The notes beneath the pieces are model-generated. The model was not told the DNA's origin. It was given only the letters and a program-made list of their open reading frames with translations, and made no database searches. DNA of 64,000 nucleotides, taken from NCBI GenBank assembly GCA_963843505.1, contig CAWJKR010000009.1, positions 102,506 through 166,505 of the forward strand, given 5' to 3'. Position 1 is the first letter of the stretch, and each line of letters opens with the position of its first letter. This DNA is from Candidatus Aminicenantes bacterium. GTDB lineage: Bacteria > Acidobacteriota > Aminicenantia > Aminicenantales > Saccharicenantaceae. The translations under genes and the position numbers were made by a program. This document shows, in pieces, positions 10,624 to 21,000 of the stretch.

Positions 10624-11901
10624 ATGTCGCCCACCCGCCGTTCGTTCATCAAGACCGGTACGATCTCGCTGGCCGCCCTGGGGCTCGGGCCCGTCCGCGG
10701 CGGCCGCGGCCGGAGACGCGCCCTCGCCGGGCGCGCCCCAGGAGCTCAAGAACCTCGTGACCGGGACCGCGCCGCTCGCGACCGGAGGATTACGCCCTGC
10801 GCCGCGAGAAGGCCGCGCGGCTGCTCGGCGAAGCGGGCTTCGACGCCGTCTTCATCGGCGGGGGAACGAACCTCCTCTACTTCACCAAGGTCGGCTGGTG
10901 GCTGAGCGAGCGCGTCTTCGGCGTCGTCCTCAGCCGCAAGAAGGACCCCGTCTGGGTCTGCCCGGCCTTCGAGGCCGAGCGCGCCGCGGAGCTCGTCCCG
11001 GCCGGCCAGGAGGTCAGGACGTGGGAGGAGCACGAGAACCCCTACGCGACGATCGGCGGCGTCCTCAAGGACCTCGGCGCCTCGACCGGGAAGCTGGCCA
11101 CGGCCCCGGACCTGCGCGCCTTCGAGGTCCACGGGCTGCGCCGGACGCTGGCCGCGGCCCAGATCGTCGACGGCGCGCCCGTCACCGAGGGCTGCCGCGG
11201 CACCAAGACGGCCAAAGAGATCGCCTTCATGGACCTGGCCAACCGCATCACCAAGCTGGCTTATCGCGAAGGGCTTCAAGACGCTGCGCGCGGGCATGTC
11301 GACGCGCGACCTGGCCGGGGCCATCTCGCAGGCGACCCAGAAGCTCGGCTCATCCGGCGGCGGCGGGCCGCAGTTCGGGCCGAACACGGCCTTCCCGCAC
11401 GGCTCGCAGGTCCAGCGGACGCTCACCGCGGGCGACTCGGTCCTCGTCGACGGCGGCTGCGCCGTCGAGGGCTATCGCTCCGACGTGACCCGGACGGTCG
11501 TCTTCGGCCAGCCCTCGGACAAGCAGCGCCGGGTCTGGGACATCGTCAAGAAGGCCCAGGACGCCGCCCTGAAGGCCGCCAGGCCGGGGGCGACCTGCGA
11601 GTCGGTCGACGCCGCCGCCCGGAAGGTCGTCGAGGACGCGGGGTACGGCCCGGGCTACAAGTACTTCGCCCACCGTCTCGGCCACGGCATCGGCATGGAA
11701 GGCCACGAATACCCTTATCTCGTCAAAGGCAACACGCTCAAGCTCGAGCCGGGGATGACCTTCAGCAACGAGCCGGGCATCTACATCTACGGCGAATTCG
11801 GCATCCGCATCGAGGATTGCATGGTGGTCACGGAGAACGGCGCCCGGCACCTCGGCGGCCTCGAGGCGGTCTCGATCGATAAGCCGTTCGGCGCGGACTG
11901 A
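10624..11901 (+). CDS. M24-family Xaa-Pro peptidase with twin-arginine signal; at least three apparent frameshifts
   Basis: Tat motif TRRSFIKTG. The C-terminal pita-bread region is intact in ORF 11296-11901 (VDGGCAVEGYRSDVTRT, HRLGHGIGMEGHE, SNEPGIY, RIED). The N-terminal creatinase-like part reads through two other frames. Confidence 0.75.
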
Positions 11902-11905
11902 GCGC

Positions 11906-12937
11906 TCAGCCGGCCGCGAGGATCGCCCGGATCTTCTCCGCGTAGGCCTCGCTCGCCGCGTCGGGCGTCGCGATGACGATGTCCGGCGGCCGAGGCGACG
12001 CCGAGCCCCAGCTCGACGGCCCGGGCGATCTGCTCCTGGGCGAAGATGGCCGGCTTCATGATGGCGTCGTTCGAGCCGAGCTGCTTGAGGATGGCCACCC
12101 CCACCGCGTCGACGGCCACCCGGTCCGTTCCGGCCAGGAAGACGCCGGCGTCCTTGCGCGGCCCGTCCATCGGGCCCTCGGTCGACGAAGGCCACGAGCC
12201 CGTCGAGGACGATGAGGGCCGGCTTGTAGGCGAAGTTGATCTCGGCGATCATGCGCCGCTGGTCGGGAGAGGAGTGGAGCTCGCGCATGAGCGTCGTGCC
12301 CTTGCGCGGCACGGTGCCGACGGAGTTCTTGAGCGACATCGTGAAGACGCCGCCGAATTGGTGGGTCTTCAGGCAGCAGGTCGAAACGAGGCATTCGGCC
12401 CCGACGACCGGCTTGGCGATGAGGAAGCCGTCCTTCCAGTGCGAGCCCGGGGGCGTGATCTTGACGTAGCCCTCCGCGCCGAGCTCGTCGAAGTTCAGGA
12501 GCTTGGCGTCGAAGGACGCCGGCGAGCGCCGGGATGCCTTTCTTGTCGAAGACCTGCGGCGTCGGCTCGGGCCCGCTCCGGTCGCCGATGGTCAGGCTCT
12601 TGGCCCCCATCTCCCGGACCCGCTCGAGGAGCGCCTTGAGGGTCTCGTTGTGGGTCGAGCCGGGCGTCTCGTCGGAGGTGTTGAAATTCGGCTTGATGAG
12701 GACGTTCTTCCCCTTGAACGGGTCGATCTTCAGGAGGTCGAGGCATTTCTTCACGCCCTCGGCCCTGGAGCCGGTCATGACCAGGACGACGCGCGACTTG
12801 CCCGCCGTCCCGGCGACCCCGCGCCCGGCGATCGGGCCGCCGCCGGACACGGCCCCGGCCGAGAACATCACGCCTCCGGCGATGCCCGCGCCGGCGGCGA
12901 AGAACTCCCGTCTCGTCATTCCGCTCGATCTCTTCAT
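11906..12937 (-). CDS. DUF362-like protein with twin-arginine signal; two or three apparent frameshifts
   Basis: GAAGGAGG RBS upstream of MKRSSGMTRREFFAAGAGIAGG (Tat). Then VVLVMTG...NVLIKPNFN...CCLKTHQFGG...RMIAEINFAYKPALIVLDG...GTDRVAVDAVG, which I recognise as the DUF362 pattern, spread over three frames. Confidence 0.6.
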
Positions 12938-13007
12938 GACCTGCCTCCTTCGAACCGATGCGCGGTCCGTTTCTTCCAATCTAGCATATCATCCCCTCGC
13001 TGACCAA

Positions 13008-13173
13008 CCTGGACTATTCATAAAAACGCCGGTTTTCTCAGTAAGGCAAGAAAACCCAAGACCGGCGTTTTTAGCCCTTCGGGCAAACCGATCCGGCCGC
13101 ATCTGCTGTCGTTGGAGCCAAGATGGCTCACGCCATCGCATCTGCAGCCGCCTCGGCTCGTGAATAATCCAGG
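13008..13173 (-). mobile_element. MITE-like non-autonomous element, copy A (166 bp, 13-bp terminal inverted repeats)
   Basis: Left end CCTGGACTATTCA, right end TGAATAATCCAGG (12/13 complementary). Reverse complement of copy B at 25830-25993, differing by 8 substitutions and 2 one-nt indels in my manual alignment. Flanks are CCAA / CTAA. Confidence 0.7.
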
Positions 13174-13271
13174 CTAATTGCCCGGCCGCGCTTCCGAGAA
13201 AATGGCGTGACGCCGAGCGTCTATCTGAACGGGCCGCAGGCGTCCGCTTGACAGATTGGAGGAGACATGAT

Positions 13272-13535
13272 ATGGCTAGCCATATGAAAACAACCATACA
13301 TATTCCCGATAGCCTCTTCGATGAGGCCAAAAAGGCCGCCCATCAGGAGGGAACGACGCTGAAAGCCCTGGTCGAAGAAGGCTTGAGGAAGGCCTTGGAG
13401 GAACGGCGGGGCCGGGGCCAAACCGCTTTCAAGCTCCGCGACGCGTCTTTCAAGGGCCAGGGATTGCAGCCTCATCTCGCGGGCGTGACCTGGGACCAGA
13501 TCCTCGACATCAGCTACGAAGGACGCGGCGGATGA
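13272..13535 (+). CDS. vapB: VapB-type antitoxin
   Basis: MKTTIHIPDSLFDEAKKAA is the typical small VapB-family start. GGAGGAG RBS. 4-nt ATGA overlap with the downstream PIN gene. The start could also be 13281. Confidence 0.75.
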   Translation: MASHMKTTIHIPDSLFDEAKKAAHQEGTTLKALVEEGLRKALEERRGRGQTAFKLRDASFKGQGLQPHLAGVTWDQILDISYEGRGG

Positions 13536-13969
13536 TCGCGGTCGACAGCAACATCCTCGTGTACGCCCACCGCGAGGATTCGCCGTGGCACGACGCGGCC
13601 GACGAATGCGTTCGGACGCTTGCCGAAGGCCGCGCGGCATGGGCCATCCCCTGGCCCTGCCTCCACGAGTTCCTGGCAGTCGCGACGCACCCGCGGATCT
13701 ACGCCCCGCCGACACCGCTCGATCTCGCCGTCGACCAGGTCGAAGCCTGGCTCGGGTCGCCGAGCCTGGTCCTGCTGGGAGAGGGCGCCGGCCATTGGAC
13801 GCGGCTCAGCGCCCTCGTTCGAGGCGGGCAGGCCGCCGGCCCCAAGGTCCATGACGCGCGCATCGCGGCGATCTGCCTCGAGCATGGCATCGAGGAGTTG
13901 TGGACGATCGACCGTGACTTCAGCCGATTCCCCGCTCTCCGCGTCCGCAATCCGCTGAAAACGGCCTGA
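13532..13969 (+). CDS. vapC: PIN-domain toxin VapC
   Basis: MIAVDSNILVYA (first acidic residue)...DARIAAICLEHG...TIDRDF, typical of a PIN domain. Translationally coupled to the antitoxin. Confidence 0.85.
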   Translation: MIAVDSNILVYAHREDSPWHDAADECVRTLAEGRAAWAIPWPCLHEFLAVATHPRIYAPPTPLDLAVDQVEAWLGSPSLVLLGEGAGHWTRLSALVRGGQAAGPKVHDARIAAICLEHGIEELWTIDRDFSRFPALRVRNPLKTA

Positions 13970-13989
13970 GCCGGTCTTTCGGCGCCGGC

Positions 13990-14673
13990 TCAGTTGGGGC
14001 CGCGGCAGTCGCGGACGCAGATGCCGCAGATGAACTGGGTCGTGTAGCCCTTCTTGCGGAAATCCTTGAGCGTCTCGTAGCAGGCTTTGTGGTCGAAGGC
14101 CTCCCGGGTGTCCTTGATGGCCCCGGCCGGGCAGGCTTTGGCGCAGGCGCGGCAGGCGCGGCAGTCCCGGTCGAGCGGGGCGCCCGCCTCGAGCGGCATG
14201 TCCGTGAGAACGGTGACCAGCCGGAAGTGCGCCCCGAGCTCCGGGTTGACGAGCAGGTTGTTGCGGCCGAACCAGCCCAGGCCGGCCGCCCTCCCGACGT
14301 GCTTGTGCGAGACGTGGGCCCGCTGGTTCTCCCAATCGATGATCTGCGAGGCGGCGATGGCCAACGACCGGGCTCCCCGCTTCTGGATGTGGTCGGCGAG
14401 GACGAGGGCCCCGCGGTCGAGAAAGAAGTTCATCTGCCGGTAATGGTGGAAGTAGATCGACGTGGGGCGGTCGCGGATGTCATCGAGGACGCCGTCGCTC
14501 AGGCGCTTGCCCAGAGACACGGCCAGCCCGAAGCGGTCGCGGGTCTCGGGCTCGAGCAGGAAGCCGGCCCTGAGAGAGGTGACGTCGGCGACGCCGAAGA
14601 GGTCGAAGCCGAGGCCCTGGGCGAGGGCCTTCAGCTCCTGGGTATTCGCCGCCTTGTCCATGTGCGCCGCCAT
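13990..14673 (-). CDS. QueG-like / reductive-dehalogenase-related 4Fe-4S protein (short form)
   Basis: N-terminus GFDLFGVADV. Two Cys clusters (CRACRACAKACPAGAI and CGICVRDC). GGGAGGGAGG RBS upstream of the ATG at 14673. Shorter than the canonical QueG as I remember it. Confidence 0.6.
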   Translation of the reverse strand: MAAHMDKAANTQELKALAQGLGFDLFGVADVTSLRAGFLLEPETRDRFGLAVSLGKRLSDGVLDDIRDRPTSIYFHHYRQMNFFLDRGALVLADHIQKRGARSLAIAASQIIDWENQRAHVSHKHVGRAAGLGWFGRNNLLVNPELGAHFRLVTVLTDMPLEAGAPLDRDCRACRACAKACPAGAIKDTREAFDHKACYETLKDFRKKGYTTQFICGICVRDCRGPN

Positions 14674-14872
14674 TCTATCGGCGCCTCCCTCCCCTGTCAA
14701 ACCGACGCTCAACTGGCTGGAACATTCGGCGTCAGCACCAGCCAGTCGACCGGAGGCTTCGCCACCGGGGCATCGGAGAGTTCTTGACTTCGGTTCATTG
14801 CGCGCCTAACCTAGGGGGCAGATTGGGAACCTGACGAGCATCTGGATCATGCTTCGCGTTTATTATTCCGTC

Positions 14873-14904
14873 TTCCTTCCTTCCTTCCTTCCTTCCTTCC
14901 TTCC
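14873..14904. repeat. Tetranucleotide microsatellite (TTCC)x8 in the divergent queG-like / RHS intergenic region
   Basis: Eight perfect tandem TTCC units read directly from the sequence, about 165 nt upstream of the RHS start codon. Confidence 0.95.
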
Positions 14905-15069
14905 GCCCCCCAGCCATACCTAAACCGGCCCGCAGACGCGGACAGGCAGCAAAAATATTTTTCGCCCTTTGTGAAAAATGACGTGTTCCTGCGGTCTTTA
15001 TCATTTGAAGAGTCCCGACGAACGGCCGGGATCCTTGGCCCAAAGAATGTTTCCGGAGAGGAGGAAAGC

Positions 15070-18000
15070 ATGTTGAGGACATCCAGAAGCTTGGTTTCGA
15101 CCTTATTCTTTCTCGTCGCCTTAACGGCAGGAATCCATCTCCAGGCCCAAAACGGGATCTATGACCGCATCGGCATCGTTCCCGGCCACGGCTCTCACGG
15201 GTCCCTCCCTGAAGAAAATATTGACCTCTTTACAGGGAACGTTACCCTTCGGTACAGGGACGTCTACCTTCCGGGCCCTTATGGGCTCGACGTCGAGGTC
15301 TGGCGTGTCTATAATTCTAAAATTCTGACAGATTGGCAACCTGGACAGCAACCGGCGATCCAGGCCTATCATCAATCGTGGGTCGGCATGGGTTGGACGA
15401 TGCACATGGGAATGGTCCATGCCTATTCCTCGAACGCTCCGGTTATCGAATTCCCGGACGGCCGGCTCGAGCGGGCCTATCCCAACAACTGCGGACTCGG
15501 AGCGAACGTCTACATGACCCGCGATTTCCTGAAATACGATAAGACCTATGCCTATCCTACGATCTACCCCAAGGTCTATTTTAAAGATGGGGTCGTCTGG
15601 ACGCTCGGCCTGACGGCCACGATCACCAGGGCCGATGGGACAACCGACCCGGTCCGGCTGGTAACGAAGATCGACAGCTCCTTCGGCCAATCGATCACGA
15701 TCGAATACAACACCATTGTCGCGGGCCAGTACCCGACACTTAAAAAGATCACTGACGGTTTTGGACGGATAATCACCTTTACTTCAAGCGGAACCCCGAG
15801 AAAGCTTACCCAAATATCCTATACGGTGACCCGCCAGTACGCGCAATCCCAAGTGAGGAGACTCTATTACTCCGTGGGGGCGTTCGGGGACGGAAGCGGA
15901 TACACCAGGCTCAATAGCTTTCAGCCGCCGGAAATAGCCCCGGTCCAGTTCGAATATGAGAACGGTGATTCGGATCATTACGAACTCAAGAAGATGACAA
16001 CGAGTTTCGGCGGAACCCTTGAGTACTCAATTAACGACCACCTGTTCTACAGCGGCGCGACCCAGCTGAATTCGAGGGTCATGACGCAGAAAAGGATCAA
16101 GTTCACCACGGATCCCGCCGAAGTGCCCAGCACTTGGAATTATGTCTATCCTGACTATAACGGCGTGCCGACGGGCATGGTCAATATCGACGGCCCCGTT
16201 TATGATACGAGCGTATCCTACAACGCATACGACCCTGCCTACCCCTGGAGGCAGGGGCTGATCCAAGCACTTGGCTATGGAGACGGCAGCTATCAGGAAA
16301 GCTACGAATGGACCTCGCATGAGATTTCGAGCCAGGTCTTTGCGCCGCTCCCAGCGTCAGCCCTCAGGCACAAGGAAGGCGGCGCGGTCTTCAAAGAAGA
16401 AACCCTTTACGAAATCCCCAGCTACACGAAATACGGCCTTCCATCGAAAGCCCTCAGCTATATCGGCGGCAGCGAGACTCCGCTAAATTATCGGACGGTC
16501 TTTTACAATTTCGCGGGGCGTCCGAACTGGGAGCTGCGCTATATGCTCGCCTACCCTTGTAACGAGTCTCAATTCAGCGGGAGCGGAATGAAGCTCAAAG
16601 AGAAGAAAACGACATACTATGATGATACGGATACGTGGAAATGGGGCGCTATCAAAAAGATCAGCATCTGGAAAGAAGATTCAACTTATGCGGATTGGAC
16701 GCATTCTTTGGTGCTTGATACTCAAGGGAAGAAGATTCAGGTCTTCATTACAGGCCCCCTCATCGGGTCAAATACCGAGGTGGTATCTTCATATGGACTT
16801 GAGGAGCAACTAAAGAAGGGGGACGTCGGAAGCGTTATAAGGACGATTTCCCCATACGATAGCGCCATAAGCCGCGAATCCTACCCGACGGGCGGCGTAC
16901 TCAACTATACGTATGATCTCCTTGGGCGGGTCATCGCCGTCGACTGGCCCACCGGCCGATACGACGAATCGATCACTTGGCCGGCCGGCGAGAACAGGTC
17001 GATATCAACCAGAGGCGCGACGGGAAGCCAGCACATCCTGACGAAATTCTGGGACGGGCTGGGCCGTGACCTTGGCTCGACCGAGCAGGGGGACGGCACG
17101 ACACTCTATTTCAGTCGAACGCTCGACGCGGAGGGGCGGCTCGTCACCGAATGCAAGGGATCGACGAGCGAGGATCACAAATATCAATATTCCTACAACG
17201 CGGCGGGCGAGATAATCGAGATCATCGACCCCGAAGGGATCACCGATCCCGAAGGCCACACAACGCAAATGACGCTTAACGGGACGACCAAAACGGTCGA
17301 AGATCCGGAGCATCATTCTACGGTTTTCGAATATGAGCATCTTCCCGGACTTCCGACTGAGGTGACGGACCCGCAGGGGCATATCGCGGAATACGCGTAT
17401 GACGTCGAGGGCCGCCTCACGGAGGTCGACTACAACGACGGAGCGAGGATTCATTCCTTCGAATATGATCGGAACGACAATCTCACTTCCGAAACGCATC
17501 CGGAAACCGGGCTTATCTCTTACGTTTATAACGACGAGAATCGGCTGATGGCAAAGACCTGGGGCGCCTCCATAATCCATTATTCCCATAACGGTAGCGG
17601 TCAGCTTTATGCGGTTTACTCGGGAGAATATCCCGATTACGAAGAACAGATCATGTATACCTATGTCGAGGGAAAGCTCATCCGTGTAAGGAGCACCGTC
17701 AAAGGTTGGGACAGGGACCAGATTCAGTATGACCTATGCGGCAACTTGACCCATGAGCGCATCACAATTCCTCCCCTGGCCCCGAAGGACATATCGTATG
17801 TATATGATGGATTCAATAACCTGAGCATGACGACCTATCCTGATCAGCATTGGTCTCTGGTCGGGAGCAACGGGTTGGCCATGCCGGAAACTCTCGCGTT
17901 CGACAGCATCAGCAACTATCTCGTGGGCTCCGCGTCCTACGGGAGCGGCAAGGCCGTGACCGGCTTGGCCTTCACGAGAAACGGCACTCAATTCTCCGCT

Positions 18001-21000
18001 TCGTATCTTCCTTCCGGGCATCTTTCGCAGACGTCCTTGACGCGAAGCGGCGTCACTCTCTATGACGCCTCATACCAATATGACGGCAACGGCAACATCC
18101 TGAGCATGTCGAGCACGTCCCCAGGACCGTCCATGAACGCCGCGTTCGGCTATGATTCTCTCAACCGGCTCACCACGGCGACCTACAGCTCCGGCCGGGT
18201 CGGTGCCTTTGGCTACACTTATGATGAATACGGCAATATGAGAACGGTCCGGGAGAACGGGATCTCTGTTTTCGACAAGACCTATGACTCCGGGAACAGG
18301 ATCACGGGCGATTCCTATGACGCCCGAGGGAATCTCCAATCGGCAATGGGCGAAGACGCGTTCTATCATTGGGACAAGATGAATCAGCTGTCCTCTGTCT
18401 CGAACACGGCCGGCGAGATTCTGGGCAAATATCTCTATGACGAGAGAGGCCTGAGGCTTGCGGCCATGCCGCCTCTTCCGGACATCGATATCTATCTCGG
18501 AGCGCCAAACGAAGGGAACCCGCTTGGAGACGGGACGGGAACGGTAACGCTCGACTGCCCCGTCGGCCAACATGTCGACGCCACATTGACCATAAAGAAC
18601 GGAGGAGACGGGCTCCTCGAGTTGACCGGCTCTCCTAAGGTCGTTAAGAGCGGACCAGATATGAACCAGTTCGAGGTTTTCACCGAACCCTCGTCGCCGA
18701 TCGCTCCTTTGGGGACGACCACCTTCGTCATTCGATTCAGTCCGACCACGGCGGGCAGGAAAACGGCGGCGATATCGATCGCCAATAACGATCTTGATGA
18801 GAACCCGTACGATATCGGGCTGACCGGAAACCTTGAGCCCCCGGAGATCAACATTGTCGACGTGCCTGACGGAGGGACCTGGGACTTCGGATTTATCCCC
18901 GTTGGCCAATCCCAGCAATGGCCTTTCATGATCCAGAATCTGGGGGAGGAAGATCTCGTACTGGACGGCAACCCCAGAGTCCAGATCTCCGGGGACGAGA
19001 TGGGACAGTTCTCAGTCGAGGAGCAGCCGAGCGGGGTCGTGACCGGGCACAGCGCGACCTTCCTCGTAATCCGCTTCTCTCCCATGATGGCAGGTCCGGC
19101 GACGGCTCAGGTTTCGATCCAGAACAACGATTCGGACGAGAACCCCTACAACTTCACCCTGACGGGCGAGGGCCAGGGCGGCTTCGGCATGAAACAGGAG
19201 GAATCCGGACTCGATATCATCTTCCCGGACGGAGACGACACGCTCGTAGCCGGGAAGACCCGAACCATAGCCTGGCGGGGCGCCGAGGCGACAGAGAGCG
19301 TCAAGATCGAGTACTCGACTGACAACGGCAGCACCTATCGTTTGATCGCCGAGAGGGCGCCCAATACCGGCCGCTTCGAGTGGCTTGTGCCTCCGGACCT
19401 GTCGCCCGCCTGCCTCATCCGGATCAGCGCCGCCGACGGCGTGCCGGTCTCTCCGCGCGCCTACGCGATGGAATTCGATCTGAGGACATCTCCGGCCGCC
19501 GGCGCGGAAGAGGTCGAGCGGCGTTTCTCCGCGCGCGCAGCCATCCCCGGCCCGGACGGGCAGACAACCTGGGCGTGGGACTTCACGGTTGCCTACGAAG
19601 AGACCGAAGCCGAAGCGACGGGCGAGGTCGGACCCCCTTCAGGCTGGCGCCATTTCCGCATCGTTTTGGATACGGACCAGGGGCTGGGCTCGGTGTCGAT
19701 CGACGATAAGCCCTTGTTGGCTGATGTGCTTCCAGTTCATTTTGCGTTCCCTTCCGACCGGCCGGAGATCCATTTGACCCCGACGGAGGGGACTTCGGCC
19801 AAGCTCTGGGTGGATAATCTCGAGATCGATTACGAAGACCGGACCCTGGCGCTCCAAAGCGGCGATCGGCTGATTATGGCCCGGCCGGTCATCCGGGACG
19901 GCTTCGATCGTTATGCGGCCGGCGAATTCCCGGAAGCCGGGGGCTGGAAGATCGGCTGGACCGCAGCATCATCCGTAGGGGGATCTGTCGCTGAGGGCGC
20001 CGATCAAGCCGACAAACAGTCCTACGATCAGGGCATCGTTCAGCCGACGGGCACAGCGGGCGAGATCGACGAGAGCGAACGCGTGTCTCCCCTGAGGTCG
20101 TTCAGGATCGAGCAGACCGGCGAGGCCTCCTCGCCGGTCGTCAAGAAGTTCGCCATGCCCGAGAGGCTTCCCTACGACGTGAGCACGGGGAGTTTCTCGA
20201 CCGTAGCCGAGGATGCGGAGCTCGCCGAGCTCATGGACCGGATGCTCGAGGAACGGGCTCAGCCGGAGACGAGCCCCAGGGACGTTCTCTCCGGGAGTAC
20301 TTATCAGGCGGCGCAGCAGAGTCCGGCCCCTCAAGGCGGCGGCTCGATAACGACGCTTTCCGTCCCCAGGACGGGAAGCTTCTACATCTATTCCTTTGAC
20401 GGGCGGCTCCTTGCCGAATACGATATATATGGCACTTGCCTCAGGGACTATATCTACATGGGCAGCCGCCTCGTTGCCGAATACGTCCCGGCCACGGGGG
20501 AGTATTTCTACTACATGCAGGACCAGATCGGCTCGACCCGCGTCGTGACGAACGACTCAGGAACGGTTGTTTACGCCGAGGCTCATGATCCATATGGGGG
20601 GATTCAGAAAACTTGGGTGAATGATTTCGATCCGAAACGCAAGTTCTCGGACAAGGAACGGGACGGGGAGACGGGGCTGGATTATTTCGGAGCGAGGTAC
20701 TATTCGGCGCCGGACAATTCCGAAGGCCACAGGGGTAGCTACAGATGGCTTTCTATTGATCCCAAATTTAACACTTTTGCGGTTCTTGCCGATCCTCAGG
20801 CCTCGAATCTTTATTCTTATTGTAGAAATAACCCATTGTCGCTTCGCGATCCAGATGGCAGGATTGTCATATGTGGCGATCGTGCCGCATTTGAGGCCCT
20901 GAAAAGATCAATTGGGGACGGTACCCTTGCCGATAAGATAACTTGGGATCCAGTGACCGGAATGATATTCGTCGAGGACATTGAAACTAATAATGAGAAT

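Noticed and set aside
14795-15082. ORFs encoding (GRKE)n or (EGRK)n peptides
   Set aside because: They are simply translations of the (TTCC)8 microsatellite in an intergenic region. They have no RBS and no coding context.
15121-19085. Several 180-280-aa minus-strand ORFs inside the RHS gene (15121-15690, 17005-17589, 18070-18918, 18492-19085)
   Set aside because: They are antisense to an uninterrupted, motif-rich 6.3-kb coding frame. They have no motifs or RBSs of their own.
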